Both the position numbers and the translations under genes were made by a program. Shown piece by piece: positions 35,492-48,175 of a stretch of 64,000 nucleotides of DNA (position 1 is its first letter; each line of letters begins with the position of its first letter). Origin of the DNA: Trypanosoma brucei (lineage: Eukaryota); contig CH464492.1 of assembly GCA_000002445.1 (NCBI GenBank), positions 1-64,000 on the forward strand. Reading direction: 5' to 3'. Under the pieces are notes generated by a model. It was not told where the DNA came from, ran no database searches, and worked only from the letters and a program-made list of their open reading frames with translations.

Positions 35492-37040
35492 TTATATATG
35501 ATTAAGAAAAATTCTTATAGTGCTATAATACTTAAAATGATACAAACCCATAAAAGCGGAAGATATCAGAGGCAATTTCTTACTGACGAGAAACCTGGAA
35601 TATTTGCAATCTTTTCCTTCCCATTGGCATTTATCATTTTCGCATGCGGTTTTATTGTCTTTGTGTTGTTTGCATTGTTGCCGCCTGGCTTTGTCTACTG
35701 CTGGTTTCGCTCCTTCTGGCGGGCCAGCCGCCGCTGTCTGCTTCCCTGACTGCGGTATGTGCATGTAAGCTATGTTATCTGCTAGTTTGCGCTTGGCTTC
35801 TACTGCCTCCTTGATGCTTTCTAACCTCATTACTGCACTCTCGTGTTCGTGCAGTCTGTCCGCTACCGTTTTTAAATTCTTGAGCCAGCTGATCTGCTCT
35901 GTTGGGTCCCCTGTCGTCGTTGTTATTGTTGTGTACTTGACGCACATGCCCTGGCCTGTTACGCCCGAGCAGCCTGTTCCGAGGTAAGCACCGAGGTAAG
36001 CGTCGCTGGCGGTTTTTCTCACGAGGTGAGCGACGTCACTTATTCTTCTTGTTAGTTCGGCGGCCGTTAGTTTAATTTGTGTATTTGTGTTGCACAGTTG
36101 TTTCACGTCTTTCATGGCGTCATCACTTGGGTTTGAGTTGGCTGTCCACGTGTTTGTTAGTGCGGCGGAGCCGCTGCACGCTTTGCCTGCGTTGGAGCTG
36201 TTGCTGCCGTCGGTTGCACACACACATATCAGCGTTGCAAATGCCGTATTTGCTTTTGCCGCACCCCCGTCGCCTGCGCAATTCGCACTCCTCGAGCCAC
36301 CTGGGTTTGCCGAAAACGCTTTGTACGTTGTGCCCGTGAATCCTGGCTCTTCATCCTGCCCATACACCGCCTTGTTTATCGCCTTGTGAAGTTCATCGTC
36401 GCTTATTAATTTTTTTCCTTTCGCCAGCTGCTTTGCTGACTTGTCGAGGGCCATCGCCTCCGCCGCCAGCGCTTGAATGTAAGGCCGGAGATGGTCTCGT
36501 GCTCTGCTGCTTGGCGAGTTCAGCTTGTACTTTTTTTCAGTGTTTGTTCGTTTGCTGTCTTCCAAGAGATTTTCAGCGGCTTTGGCCCACACTGCCCATT
36601 GCTGCGTCCAGTCTGTCCCTTCCGGTAGTTTTTTTTTTGTTTAGGTCTCTCGGTTTGTCCCGGTTTTCGTCGTCTCTGAATTCATTTATCCATTCTTCTG
36701 TTGAGGCTGACATGTTGAGCTCGAATATTTCCTGCAAGTCGCTTCCTTCTGCAGGTTGGGTCTTCGCTACTGTCGCACGTTTGCCAGCTAACTCAATCAA
36801 TGCGCATAGTGATGCCCTTTCCCGCTGGTTTGCGTCGGCCATGATGTTTCCGCGTGCTTGTCGGCGTAAGTACAGCGTTAAAAATATTGGAAAAAATACT
36901 TTTCCGAGCATGGTAGACTGCGTTTGTGCCTTGCTTAGTGGATTGGAGGGCTACAGAGTGCATTTGAAAAAGTATGTCCGTTGTGGCTGCTTCCTCCAGA
37001 TCCCACAAGTGTATCAGGTACTTGTCCTTATTTAGCGTTG
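35492..37040 (-). pseudogene. VSG pseudogene on minus strand (frameshifts in N-domain; C-terminus reads through the GPI signal)
   Basis: ORF 35492..36592(-) contains …YLGAYLGTGCSGVTGQGMCVKYT… (b-type N-domain) and C-terminal …CKQHKDNKTACENDKCQWEGKDCKYSRFLVSKKLPLISSAFMGLY…. N-terminal pieces lie in ORFs 36573..36911(-) and 36793..37008(-). Confidence 0.7.
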
Positions 37041-38819
37041 CAAATTCTTCTAGTTTATATAATTCTACTACATTTTACTTCATAACCTAGTGAAATACGT
37101 TTGTACATCACATCGGCTTTTTGGCAGCCCCTTTTAAATAAATAAATAAATAAATAAATAACCGGTCCTTTGAATAAAGCTATTAGCAAGAACAGGCTTC
37201 TGTTGCTATTTGGTTGTAACATTGTCTCAACATACCGGTGTCTCTTGAGAATGTCCCGTTGTGCTTGGACATCGATGGTGGAAATCCCAGCCTTGCCGCC
37301 AACCAGCAGTCTGCCAAAAGTATGTTCCTGTCAGCAAGTTCCTCTGCCGGCTGCGAGACCGTCTTTAGTAACTATTGCGTAAAGATCGTGCACCCTGGTG
37401 TTTAGCCATCTTCTGGTAGCCGTATCGTCGGGAGTCCTTGAATCACTGTAGTTTGCTGGTCCAACCTCTAAAGTTTATTCTTATATTATTGCTTTTTTGG
37501 AAGTATACTCGGCTCCACATTATTTTTCCGCGATGGGTTTTTGCAGGTTTAGCGGCTGTTGCTGTTTAAATGGGTTGATCATGCGCCAAATGTAAGCTTA
37601 GTGCGTCTGCAATGTTTATTTTCCTCTATTATTTCATGTCGTTAAACTTGGCTCTAAAGAAAGCTGTAAAAAGTTCAAAATACTGCTTAAGAACAATTTT
37701 TCTTTACTGCATTTTACCATGTAAGGTAGACTCATTTGCGGTCTTTCAAGCAACATCATTTCTGGCCACTAAATCAGGCATTTGAGGTACATTTAAACCC
37801 TTTAAATTGTCGAACCTAGAAAAAATGAAACGTTTCCCTCTATCTAATAACTTTGCCTGGTCGGGTTGGTATAAGGGTTACTAGGAATCACTGTCTGTAG
37901 GCAACTTTGAGACGAAGTAGCAGTTTTTTTTTCCTTCACTGTTTTGATCAATTCTCCACTTGTTGTTCTCCTTTATAAATGTACCTGTATTTTTATCACA
38001 AAGTGCAAGGTCGTGTCTACATATCATCTGTGCGGTTGCGCGTGCTTTGCTACCTTTCGTAATTCTGATTCGTGACAAAGTTTTCGAGAAGTCACATAGC
38101 TTTATTAGGAATATTATCTGCTGCAGATTGCCGCACAGCCAAGATATTGTTTTAACAAGAAATAACTCATTTTTCTAAAAAATATTGTGAACGTACCTGT
38201 AATGGTGCTATTGGATGCCTTCCACTTGCGCTGTTTCTTTATTTAAGTTCTAGCGATCACCTTTGGCCACTACACTGAACTATTTCTCTTGTTCTTTTTC
38301 CCTCCCACTTCATCATCTCGTTGTGTTTGATGTTACCTATGAACATGATTGTATTCTAAACCTCGCATATTCCATACACCTCTCCCCCTTGCTGTCTTTC
38401 TGTTTTTTCTCTATTAATATTCTTTGTTATTTTTCCTAGCCAGTTACTTGTTAACATTCCATCCTTTTAATTCTGTTAAGTGCTAATATTTTTCCGGGTA
38501 TTTCGTTTTACTTCCACTATAACATTAGCATTCACACACTCATAACACTTTCATCTCATTATTATTATTTATTATTATTATTACCCTAACTAATATTTAC
38601 TAAAAGAAATCTGATAAACAAAATTAGGGTACCGCTAAATTTTCATACCATATCACCTTACTATATTACAGCCATAGGCTATTTTTATACCATAATTTAG
38701 TATTTTCTAAATCTGTACATTTCGCAAGGTTTTACAAAATTATTAAAACATATCGAAATTTACCAATTTTAACAAAATATCAAATTTTTATAGAGTTTGA
38801 AAAACATCTTTATAATGCT

Positions 38820-40335
38820 AAAATCATTTCATACTCAAGAGAGAAGCAGTCATATGAGAAATATTATTATTTTCCAGATAACTAGAGTCCTGGCACTTGC
38901 CTTTAATCCAACCGCAAACAGCTTTTTTGTCTTTTGGGATATCGCCTTTTACTACAGCACATTCTTCAGGTGTTTTGGCGGCACCACACTTGTCTGTTGT
39001 TGTTTCAGTTCCTCCACCTGCTTGAGTTGCTTGTTGTTCTGCTGCTTTTACTGAGTCTAATGAGCATTTTTTATTTGTTTCAGTTGCTTTTTCTTCCCAT
39101 TTTCAGGGTTCTGTGCATTTGTCTTTTGATTGAAGTTTGTTGCAAGATTCCTTTGCTTCTTTTTCTTGCGGTGCTCCTGTGACCGTGTTGGGTTTGTTGG
39201 TTGCTGCTGCACTTATCGCTGCTACTTTGCTGAGCGTTAGGAAATTGTACGTTTGCCAAGCCGATGTGTTGGTTGCTTGTAGCGCCGCCTTTGCTGCTTC
39301 CACCTCTCTTGTCCCAATTGCTGCCTGCTCCAGTTTATCTCTGGCGTCGAGTAACTTCCCAACCCATTCCAGCTTACCTATTGGGTGTTTGTTAAGTTTT
39401 GCCGAGTAGTCTATGCATGTGGTCGCAGACTCCGCGCCAGTGCAGGTTGCTGCCGCGTTGTTTCCAAGTTTGTTGTGGGCGTTAGCTCTGTCCGTTATGC
39501 CTTTGCCAAGGGCGCTCTGGAAGTTTGCCAGAGCTGCCGTGACCGTGTTTACTGTTTTTTCTGTGTCAGCTGAGGCTCTCTTACAGTGGGACTTTATGTC
39601 GGTCCATGCCTGCAGAGCGTTGGCTGCGTCGTCGGCTGCGCTGGTATACCGTGTTGATCCTATGCCGGTCCCGCAGATATTGGCCCCGTCTGTTGCTCCG
39701 GAGCAGAGGCAAACGAGATCGGCTGTAATGGTTTTGCCTGGGCCGTGAGTGCCTCCGCCGGCGCACATCTGGGCATGGGCTGCGAAATCGGTTTGCTTGG
39801 CATCTCTTAGGACGGCGTCGCCGATTGCAGCTTGTGCCAATGCCTTCCTTGCGAGGCTCAGATGCCCCTCGATGTCAGCTGTCGCTTTCCTAAGGTTTTC
39901 CGCTGCTGATTGCGCTTGTTTCCTGATGTCCCCCAGTTGCTTGTGTACTTCTTTCTTCAGAGCTGATTGTTCCGGCCGCTTTATTTTCTGGTTACCTTTT
40001 TCGTCCTTGTGGTTTGTTAGTTCTGTTTTGGCTTGCGTCCAGTCCTCTTCTGAGGCACTGTATTCCCAGTATGTTTTGTTAGCAAACAGTGCGTCGTCTG
40101 CGGTAGCGACAAAAAGATGAGTTACATCCGATGGTATGGTTGGTGCCGCCGAATTACCAGTGTAACGCTCCGCTGTAATAGTTCCTGTTGCCGCATTGTA
40201 CGCTTCGCATAAGGCTGAGAAACCAACGGCGTTTTCGTCGTTCGCTTTTCTTTTCAACGATGCCGCGGATAGTACGAGCGACAAACAAAATATTAGCAGC
40301 GCTTTCTGCCTGGGTTCGGTGCAGCGGTGTGACAT
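38820..40335 (-). pseudogene. VSG pseudogene on minus strand (a-type N-domain intact; stop and frameshift in C-domain; degenerate GPI signal)
   Basis: ORF 39103..40335(-) has signal peptide MSHRCTEPRQKALLIFCLSLVLSAASLK… and ends …CNKLQSKDKCTEP*. The C-domain continues in another frame (…GAAKTPEECAVVKGDIPKDKKAVCGWIKGKCQDSSYLENNNISHMTASLLSMK*), whose tail is not hydrophobic. Confidence 0.7.
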
Positions 40336-40699
40336 GGTTGAACGTTATGTAGATTACAGTGTGAAATGGCTTACTTGAGTGTATAAAAATAAATGAGTTG
40401 TTATGAGGTGGTTCTCCTCTCGTGTTGCCAGTTGCTACGTGGATCTTGGCAGTGATTGCCTTGCATCTATTCTTTTGTCTTCAACGATGTTGGTTGCTTC
40501 GCCTCGTTGATAAAGGCAATCACAGACCTATAATTTTTCTCCTTCAAAGAAATCCACTTCTATAAATATATCCCCAGAAACTTCCCGACACTCAAAATCC
40601 TATTTCCTTCCATCTATTATATACGTTTGAACTTTACCCTAAAATCTCTCAGGCTAAACTGCATCCTTTCCAATTACTTATACCAAGTAAGATTTTTCA

Positions 40700-41400
40700 C
40701 AATCAGTCTTACTTTCTCCTCCCATGCAATTGGATGCCCAGGAAAATAAATGAATTCAGCCGCTCAAATCCCACCACTGTTTGTAATACAAAAGAAACTC
40801 TCTCGAAAATCCAATCCAATCATTCCTCTCTCCAAAACAAATCTCTGTCCAGCAGCTTCCGCCTGAATTGCACTCCAAATTAGTAAAGGCTTGTAAATAC
40901 TCTGCTCTGACCACCATTCCAAGCGGACATTTCAATAACTCCCAAAAATGCATATTCAAATATCTTAAATGCCCATACTCTGGCTATTAAACCTCCTCCA
41001 CTAAGATAAGGTTTTCCACTTGTTTGTGACATAAGTTGATGAGGCAACTTCTTATCCTCTTCTTTTCTGTAACCGAAAATAAACAACTAGTAATATCCCT
41101 CCATACTCTTATTGTAAATATCCTCCTCTCTAAACTTATCTTCATTTTCTGCAGTATTTTTTATAAAATATTCCACAGCACTCTCATACTTATTTCCATC
41201 ACTAACAATAACATCAAACCCATTAACATTTATTACAATATCCTCATCACATGCATTCTGTATCTCAAAAACTTCCATAAACCATCTGGGCCTTTTAACA
41301 TGGCTATACAAACTTCAGATCGCAACTGTAATAATTTCAAGATGGCTTAGTTTGGCACTCAATATCAGCCTACACCTTCTTGAGTTGTATGAGTTTGTAC
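40700..41400 (-). pseudogene. Conserved array-associated ORF family, copy c (minus strand, frameshifted)
   Basis: ORFs 41087..41311(-) MYSHVKRPRWFMEVFEIQNACDEDIVINVNGFDVIVSDGNKYESAVEYFIKNTAENEDKF… and 40880..41086(-) …YRKEEDKKLPHQLMSQTSGKPYLSGGGLIARVWAFKIFEY…. Confidence 0.55.
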
Positions 41401-41984
41401 AACAGCCACAAACGCTCTGTGATTCTTAGGTTGATTCTCTGTCACATTTGTTTTGTTATTTGCTTCATCTTGATGTGATATTGCACTTAAACACACTAAA
41501 TGTTATAGCAACATTAAGAGTAAAGTTCGCAAGACGCCGAATTTTACCTCCTAGGAAACTTTCAAAATTTGAAAAATATGTAATAAAAAAATAAATGGCT
41601 TAGGAAAAGGAGATATAACCACAAGGAGAATTTTAATTTTGAACAAGTTTCCAATTCTGATAAGAAAATATACTTCTCTGTTTCTAAATCTAAAATTTCA
41701 ACATTTATGGTCTGTAGTGGGCTCTTTTTTTTTTACTAACGTCACTACCCCATTTGACCTGTACACTAATATTATTATCTCCATTGCTGTTCTTTAAATA
41801 ATTTACATGAGGTAACAAGAGTGGCCATATTCACATTCTTTCTGAAATGCGCATGTCCCGTACCTTTTTCTTTCTCTCCCTGTCCGCTTACTTACTGTCT
41901 TTTTGCCTTGGCAATGGTATATCTGCTACTATTGCTACAGTCCATTTACTTTTAAACACTGTTTTTATTATAATTTTAGCATGC

Positions 41985-42135
41985 ACACTCACAACAGTCT
42001 CCTATTATTATTATCATTATTATTATCATTATTATCACTATTACTGCTCTTATTATAATATAGTATGTACACTCTCCCAACACACTCCTATCATTATCAT
42101 TACTATTATTATTATTATAAACATAACTAATATTT
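41985..42135 (-). repeat. 70-bp repeat units (reverse complement orientation)
   Basis: …TATTATTATCATTATTATTATCATTATTATCACTATTACTGCTCTTATTATAATATAGTATGTACACTCTCCCAACACACTCCTATCATTATCATTACTATT… is the reverse complement of the 70-bp unit. Confidence 0.8.
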
Positions 42136-42389
42136 ATAATATAAGCAAATCAAAATAGCACCCGCTTTTTATGCCCTATTATCCTATTAATTTACTTCCA
42201 GGCGCCTCTATCGTACAAAGATTTCATATTGTTGAGTTTCAAAATTTAATATTCTGAACAGTTTCCACATTTTCACTTAAAAGTGTTAAAATGCAAAAAA
42301 TTTTAGTGCGTTTCATAAATTTATAAAATTCAGTATAAGTCCATATAATATTAAAATACTACAATCATTTTAAATTCAGAAACTATCAG

Positions 42390-43852
42390 GGCGAATTTTT
42401 GTTTACTAGAATAGAAGAATCTTTGCAAGTTTCGCCCTACAACTTACAATCTGGAGATTTGCAGTCATCCTTTTCCTTATCTTTGCATTTCTCCTCTTTC
42501 TTTTCTTCTGCTTTCATTCCCTCTTTGAGTTTGCATTTTCCTTCTTTGTGTTCTCAATCTGGGTCTGCTGTTCATTTACTTTGTTCTGTGTCTTCTTTGC
42601 ATTTTTCTGTAGTTTTTGATTCTGTAGTGGTCTTAGGTTTAGCTTGTTGTTGTCTGCTGTTTTCTTTCCAGAAAACAACTGCTATTGCTTCACCAAAATT
42701 TGCAGTTTTAGAGACTCCTACTATGTCTGGGTTGCCGTTTGTGGAGCCCACATTGCACGTTATTTTGTCATTTTTTAAGGGTTCAATGAACTCCTTGTTG
42801 ATATCGCTTGTATCTGGTCCGTATACTTCCGTTATTGCGGCTACCCAGTCCCCGTCTATTGCCGTTAGAGGTATCGATCCCTTCGTGAGAAGGAATGCTA
42901 TCTTCGCTGCCGGTGACCCTTTGGCTATTTGCTTGCGCGTCAGACTTGCTGCTTTCGCCTCTGGTTTTATCAGGACTTTTTTGGCTTCGCACACCTTGTT
43001 TAACAGTGTCTTTTCTGAAATTACTAGTTTAAGCGGCTGGTCGTTGACGACGCAGCTCGTGTCGTCCGGTCCTGTCTTTCCTAGTGCTTGTTTGGCTGGC
43101 TGCGTTATTGCCGCCGGGGATTGACTAGGCTTTGCTCCTACACCGTGAGTCACTGACCCTTTCGTTTCCGCGTTTGCTCCACAGTATCCGGCTTGCTTAG
43201 CGCCGGCTGTACTGACGCTCCGGCGCTGCTCTGCATGTGGATGTCAAATGAAAGCTGCATGGGTTTGAGTTCACTGTTTGGCGTTAGTGCTAGGTGCTTT
43301 AGTTCCGCTATTTCAGTGCTGANNNNNNNNNNNNNNNNNNNNNNNNNNNNNNNNNNNNNNNNNNNNNNNNNNNNNNNNNNNNNNNNNNNNNNNNNNNNNN
43401 NNNNNNNNNNNNNNNNNNNNNNTCGACTTGGGGCGACCATTGAGCAGCTGGCCCAGTACGCCGTTCCGTTTTTGCAGCGCTTCAATTGCAGCCTCTATTG
43501 TGCTTGCTTTTTCTTTCAAGACTTCCTGCTGTTTGATTGCCGTCGTCGCTGCTATTGCGCTGAGGGCTGTGTACAGCAGCTTCCTCTTACTGTCGTGTGT
43601 TGCTGTGGCCGCGAGAAAAAACATGCGCGTCTCAGTGTTGAGGTCCGAAAGACGCTGTTGGGATTCTTGGACATTTATCCTTAAGTGTTCGGCCAATTTC
43701 TTGTTAAAATAGATTTCGGCGCATGTGGTTTTGACCGCTGCTAGGCTTCCGGGGTCTGCTGGTTGCGCAGTTGCGAGGGTATCTAGAAGAAACACCACCA
43801 TTATAGCAGCGATTCTTCTCTTTGGTTCGTGCATCTGCATTCGCCTCCTCAT
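42390..43852 (-). pseudogene. VSG on minus strand spanning an assembly gap; stop inside the [12 protein letters not shown] motif
   Basis: N-terminal ORF 43313..43852(-) MRRRMQMHEPKRRIAAIMVVFLLDTLATAQPADPG… (signal peptide) runs into the N gap 43323-43422. ORF 42572..43153(-) is the C-domain. The terminal frame reads …[21 protein letters not shown]…. Confidence 0.65.
43323..43422. other. Assembly gap (N run)
   Basis: Run of n characters. Confidence 1.
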
Positions 43853-44449
43853 TTTGTGCTTAACTTGAGTTAGGATTGATCAAATGGGACATGCAAGTTC
43901 TGTACGTGTTGTTTTGGCCACATAGGAACGTTGGTCTAATCAATGCGATTTGCGTGACCTATTGTTACACAATCCAAACACAAAACAATATCTTCCCATT
44001 TCCACCTGCCCGTTCTATGCCCTCTATCATAAACTATTCTCTCTTCATCAAATACTCTCGATTGCCCATACAGCTTCGTTTACTTCACCATGGAAATATC
44101 TTTCCCAGTGATATTCGATTTAAGCACTAGTTTTCTAGTGAGTAAAGCTGTTTTTCTCATCTACAACTGATTAAAGTGCAGCTTCCTTTCAGTTAGCTTA
44201 TATGCTGTTCCCCTTTCCACTTGTAGTTCGTGCGCTATTCCTGAAGCTAGTCTCGCAGTTAGTTACGCTCTGTAGATTATTTTGTTTTTTGAATTCACTG
44301 TGTGTGCATATAGTAGTTTTGTTGTGTTTTTAAATGCTATTGGACGCATTTTCGTATGACTCTTTTCTTCAATGTGCATATTAATGGGCGAAATTTTTAC
44401 AATACGCTAGCTAAGAGGAGGAAATACGTTTATATACATCATGCCAAAT

Positions 44450-44549
44450 NNNNNNNNNNNNNNNNNNNNNNNNNNNNNNNNNNNNNNNNNNNNNNNNNNN
44501 NNNNNNNNNNNNNNNNNNNNNNNNNNNNNNNNNNNNNNNNNNNNNNNNN
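44450..44549. other. Assembly gap (N run)
   Basis: Run of n characters. Confidence 1.
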
Positions 44550-44769
44550 CCACTATCATAATAATTTCATATTTCCTATTCTAAATTTTTCCAATTTCTA
44601 CGTTTGTAAAGTTTTATAAAAGTGTCAAGATATATAAATTTAGAAAGCGTTAGCATATTTTTCAAAATAGCAAGTTTCATAAATTTTATAAAATAAGCAA
44701 AAAATCTTTGAAATTCTAAAATGTTGCAAAGATCATAAAAGCAGCAGCCATCAGAGCGAATTTCTTATT

Positions 44770-45700
44770 GACGAGAAAACTTCTATTTCAGTACTTTTAG
44801 GTATCCCTGTCGTTTTCACCATCTTTGCCATTTCTAAATGCACAATTTTGTTTGTCGCCTGTTTTGTCAACTAGGCAAGCCTCCTTATTGGTTCTGTGGC
44901 TTGCACACTCAGCTGTAGCTGCTGCTCCACCTGAAGCTCCTTCTACTGCTGCTCCTGCTGCTCCTGCTGCTGGGTTTTCTGTTTCTCCTTTAGGTTTGCG
45001 CTTGTTGTTCTCAGTATCATGATTACAACCAAGGGTTTGGCATCCCTCTGTACTTTTTTCTTTCCATAATTACACTTGCTTTGCGCCTCTTTTTTCCCAG
45101 TGTTTGTTGCTTTATTTTCTACCCGAGTTACTTCACTTAGGTCAGCAAGCTCGGCGTCTGCTAGTGGCAGCAGGCTGTATGCTAGTTTTCGTGCTGTCTC
45201 TAGCTGCGCTTCCAGTTCTTTTAGTTCGCTCTGCGCCTCTTCGTGTTGTTGTTGGAGTTTCGCAGCCTGCTGCAATTCCTTGATCCACTGTATTTTAGTA
45301 AACTTGCCTTGTGCTGTTTTTGTGTTGGCAGCGTACATGACACAAACTCCGTTGGTATCCGTGCCATCACAGCCTGTTTTGGAGAAATGCCCGAGGTAAA
45401 CATCTGTGGTCTTTGATTTTACTTGTGCTAAAAGCGCCACTAATTTGCTGTGGATTTCGGCTGTCGTGGGGCTGCTGATGTCTGGTTGCGGGCAGAGATT
45501 TAGCAGATTGGCCATTAGTTTGTGGCCGTTTGTGTCGAGCTTTAAGTTTGATTCCGTTTGCGACGATTCGCAGAACCGCTGGCTCTCACTGTCGTAGGCG
45601 CAGAGTAAGAGAATTAACTTGGCTATCTTATTTGCTTTGGCGTCTGTATTGGGCGCACCGCATCCTTTTCTGTGCCGGTGCATATGTTTAATATGTCATT
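44770..45700 (-). pseudogene. VSG fragment on minus strand (mid N-domain to degenerate C-terminus; no signal peptide)
   Basis: ORF 44943..45683(-) contains …VYLGHFSKTGCDGTDTNGVCVMYAANT… (b-type N-domain motif) then a QQEQQEQQ low-complexity stretch. A GPI-like tail lies in another frame. Confidence 0.6.
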
Positions 45701-46379
45701 GAACGTTATGAAAGCCTGTTCCTCTATTGGTCTTAGTAACTTCCTGTAAACAGCCATTTGCTTGCCTGTCGCTTTTCCATACAACGCTCTGCCAGGATCG
45801 CTTGCCGCTGATCATCGCTTGACACCTTCTTTGCTTTCTCTTTCTAGTACGTCTCTCGATGACCAGGGGCTGTTGTCGCTTTGGATAAAGGGGATGGTTT
45901 CTGTGGTGAAGATGGGGGTTCGTTGTATCCCTTGATAGCCTGCTTCCAACTCCTCGTTCCTATTGAATTGTTCAGTTTTGCAATGGCCAAATAAGATTCC
46001 TTGGCTGCGGCTTCTGAGAGTTTCTTCGAGGCAGGACGTTGTGCTAGGTTGACGAGGTCACAAAGTTACAGGAAAAGGTGCGTGTGGTCGCTAGCCGCCA
46101 CTGCCTGACACCTATGTGTTTGGCATGCTATTAAAGCTATCGTTGCCAGGGTGGGCTGTAATAAGCGTGGCCTTTCCAACTGCATTACTGCGTTGCTGGC
46201 TTTTTTCCCTTTCTTTTTTGACTTGCTAAAGGTTTTAAACTGGTGTGTCCGTAGATGTTTTGATTTGAGATTAGCTTCCTGATTAATTTCTTGTTATTGT
46301 TGGAATGATTGTTTTATCACAATTCTATTTTCTGAAACAACGCTTTTGTTTTACGGTCTCTACAATGAATTTTTTTCCA

Positions 46380-46860
46380 GTCGCCAAACCCTCAGGACCA
46401 TGCAGTCTGTCCACTTGTGGGTAAGGAAGAAATGCATTTACGCACACCACGCCGCGAGAACATGGTGGTAGTGTGTGACTCAACGCTGGATACTGGCGTT
46501 CCTACCCACTAAAATCCCCTGTTTTTGGAGAATTGATACCCACGGGTGGGCGACCGCATGTGCGCGTGTCTAGGGGGGGTCTCCATTTGACGCCCATTCG
46601 ATCCCTCCCACATTGCGTCTGAACCATGTTTACCATATCCATTTGTCTCCCTGGACGGAAGTTGTATCAGGTATTTTTGGTTCCCACACCTGAGCAGGGT
46701 GCTGGACCGTAGAACACTAAGTATTGGTTTTCTCCCCACGGAGCGGTCGCATCATATCCGGTGTTGTGGCCGCTGTTTGAATGGAACATTTGGCTTTCTA
46801 GTTGATTTCTCTTCTCGTACTAGACCCTGGCGCCACGTTGAGGCATATCCATTCTTAGTG
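46380..46860 (-). mobile_element. Degenerate retroposon fragment carrying the trypanosomatid retroposon 5' signature (ingi/RIME/DIRE-like)
   Basis: The plus strand GTACTAGACCCTGGCGCCACGTTGAGGCATATCC at about 46817-46850 resembles the ingi 5'-end block GGTACTGGACCCTGGCACCACGTTGAGGTGGCCGG (plus strand at 1036-1070; reverse complement of the minus-strand 5' terminus). The rest is highly diverged. Confidence 0.35.
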
Positions 46861-46929
46861 TAAGCTAAATACTCGCTGCCTTCGGGGATCGACCACGGTA
46901 CTATCTGCGACGAGCACTCTATTTCTCCA

Positions 46930-47790
46930 CTTAACAACTAAAGCAGGGCTGCAAACCACGCGGGACAACCAAAAACACGGGAGAATGGACCAACAACGCC
47001 GATGGTAAAGCTAAAACAGAGTTCCTAGACAGCACGTGCTCAGCGCTGCTAATACCGAAAGAACCCTCTTCAACGGAGCTACAACACAGGCTATCAGCAT
47101 TTCTGTACAAAGTAGACGGCGAGAAAGGCAGCACACAAACCTTCAACTTCGCATTCGCCGCAGTAGCAGGCACCGGCGACGGCTGCATCGGCAAAGTTAT
47201 AGGGATTTCTGGCTGATACGTCAAGTTGATGGAGAAAAAAATCAAGACAGCAGACCCAACATTAAAATGGCGGGTGCAGCTGCAGGAAGCGGCCGACGCA
47301 TGGGATGAACATCAGCATGCAAGAAGGCACCTGGAAGTTATAGCAAAAAAACCCAAACTAATAAACACAACAGCAGCGACATTGATATACATCAAAATAC
47401 CAAAGGCCATGAAGGATATAGGGAAGCCAACCGAAACCAAGCACACAAAAGGTTCAGTCCACTTCACTCACAAATCTAACATCACCTGCTCAGACAATAA
47501 CTGCAAATGGGATAACACCACAGAGAAGACAGGAAACCACTGCAAACCTAAAGATGATGCAGAGCAGACAAAGCAAGGAACGAAGGGAACTTTAGCGACG
47601 AATACTGAAGGGAAAAAGTGCTCTGAAAAGAAAAGTGAGGTCGAATGCAAATTTCCGGATTGTCAGTGGGAAGGAACAGAGCGTACAGATTACAGTATCA
47701 TTATAAATAGTAACATTTTCTCTTATTGTTGCTGCTCTTGCGAGTTTGACAACATGTTAGGTATACTAGCTCCATTTTACAAACAATTAT
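46930..47790 (+). pseudogene. VSG 3' fragment (C-terminal domain; degenerate GPI signal)
   Basis: ORF 47226..47798 contains …CSDNNCKWDNTTEKTGNHCKPKDDAEQTKQGTKG…KKCSEKKSEVECKFPDCQWEGTERTDYSIIINSNIFSYCCC…. Upstream frame: …AFAAVAGTGDGCIGKVIGISG*. Confidence 0.6.
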
Positions 47791-48009
47791 GCAACTAATA
47801 AAATTTGTTAAATTTGACAAATTTAAAATTTTTGATGAAAATGTGCAATTTTTTGAAAATTTTCGAATTTAACAAATTTGAAAATTTGATAAATATAGTA
47901 AATGTGCATAATAGTCACCTATTCTTAAAACAAAGCAGTGTGATAGGATGTGACAAGTTTCTTATTTGCTTATTTTACTTATTTTGTTTATTTAGTTTTT
48001 ATTAATTTA

Positions 48010-48175
48010 TGAACATTAATTAGCGTTATAATAATAATAATAATAAGAGAGTGTTGTGAGTGTGTGTATACAAATATTATAATAATAATATTAATAATAA
48101 TAGTAATAATGATAATGATAATAGGAGAGTGTTGTGAGTGTGCATAAACTGATATTATAATGAGAGCAGTAATAA
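48010..48175 (+). repeat. 70-bp repeat units (about 2)
   Basis: TTAGCGTTATAATAATAATAATAAGAGAGTGTTGTGAGTGTGTGTATACAAATATTATAATAATAATA…GATAATAGGAGAGTGTTGTGAGTGTGCATAAACTGATATTATAATGAGAG. Confidence 0.8.

Noticed and set aside
37140-37170. (AAAT)n microsatellite and scattered (TA)n runs (3240-3270, 18560-18580)
   Set aside because: Ordinary low-complexity sequence in AT-rich intergenic DNA. There is no evidence of function.
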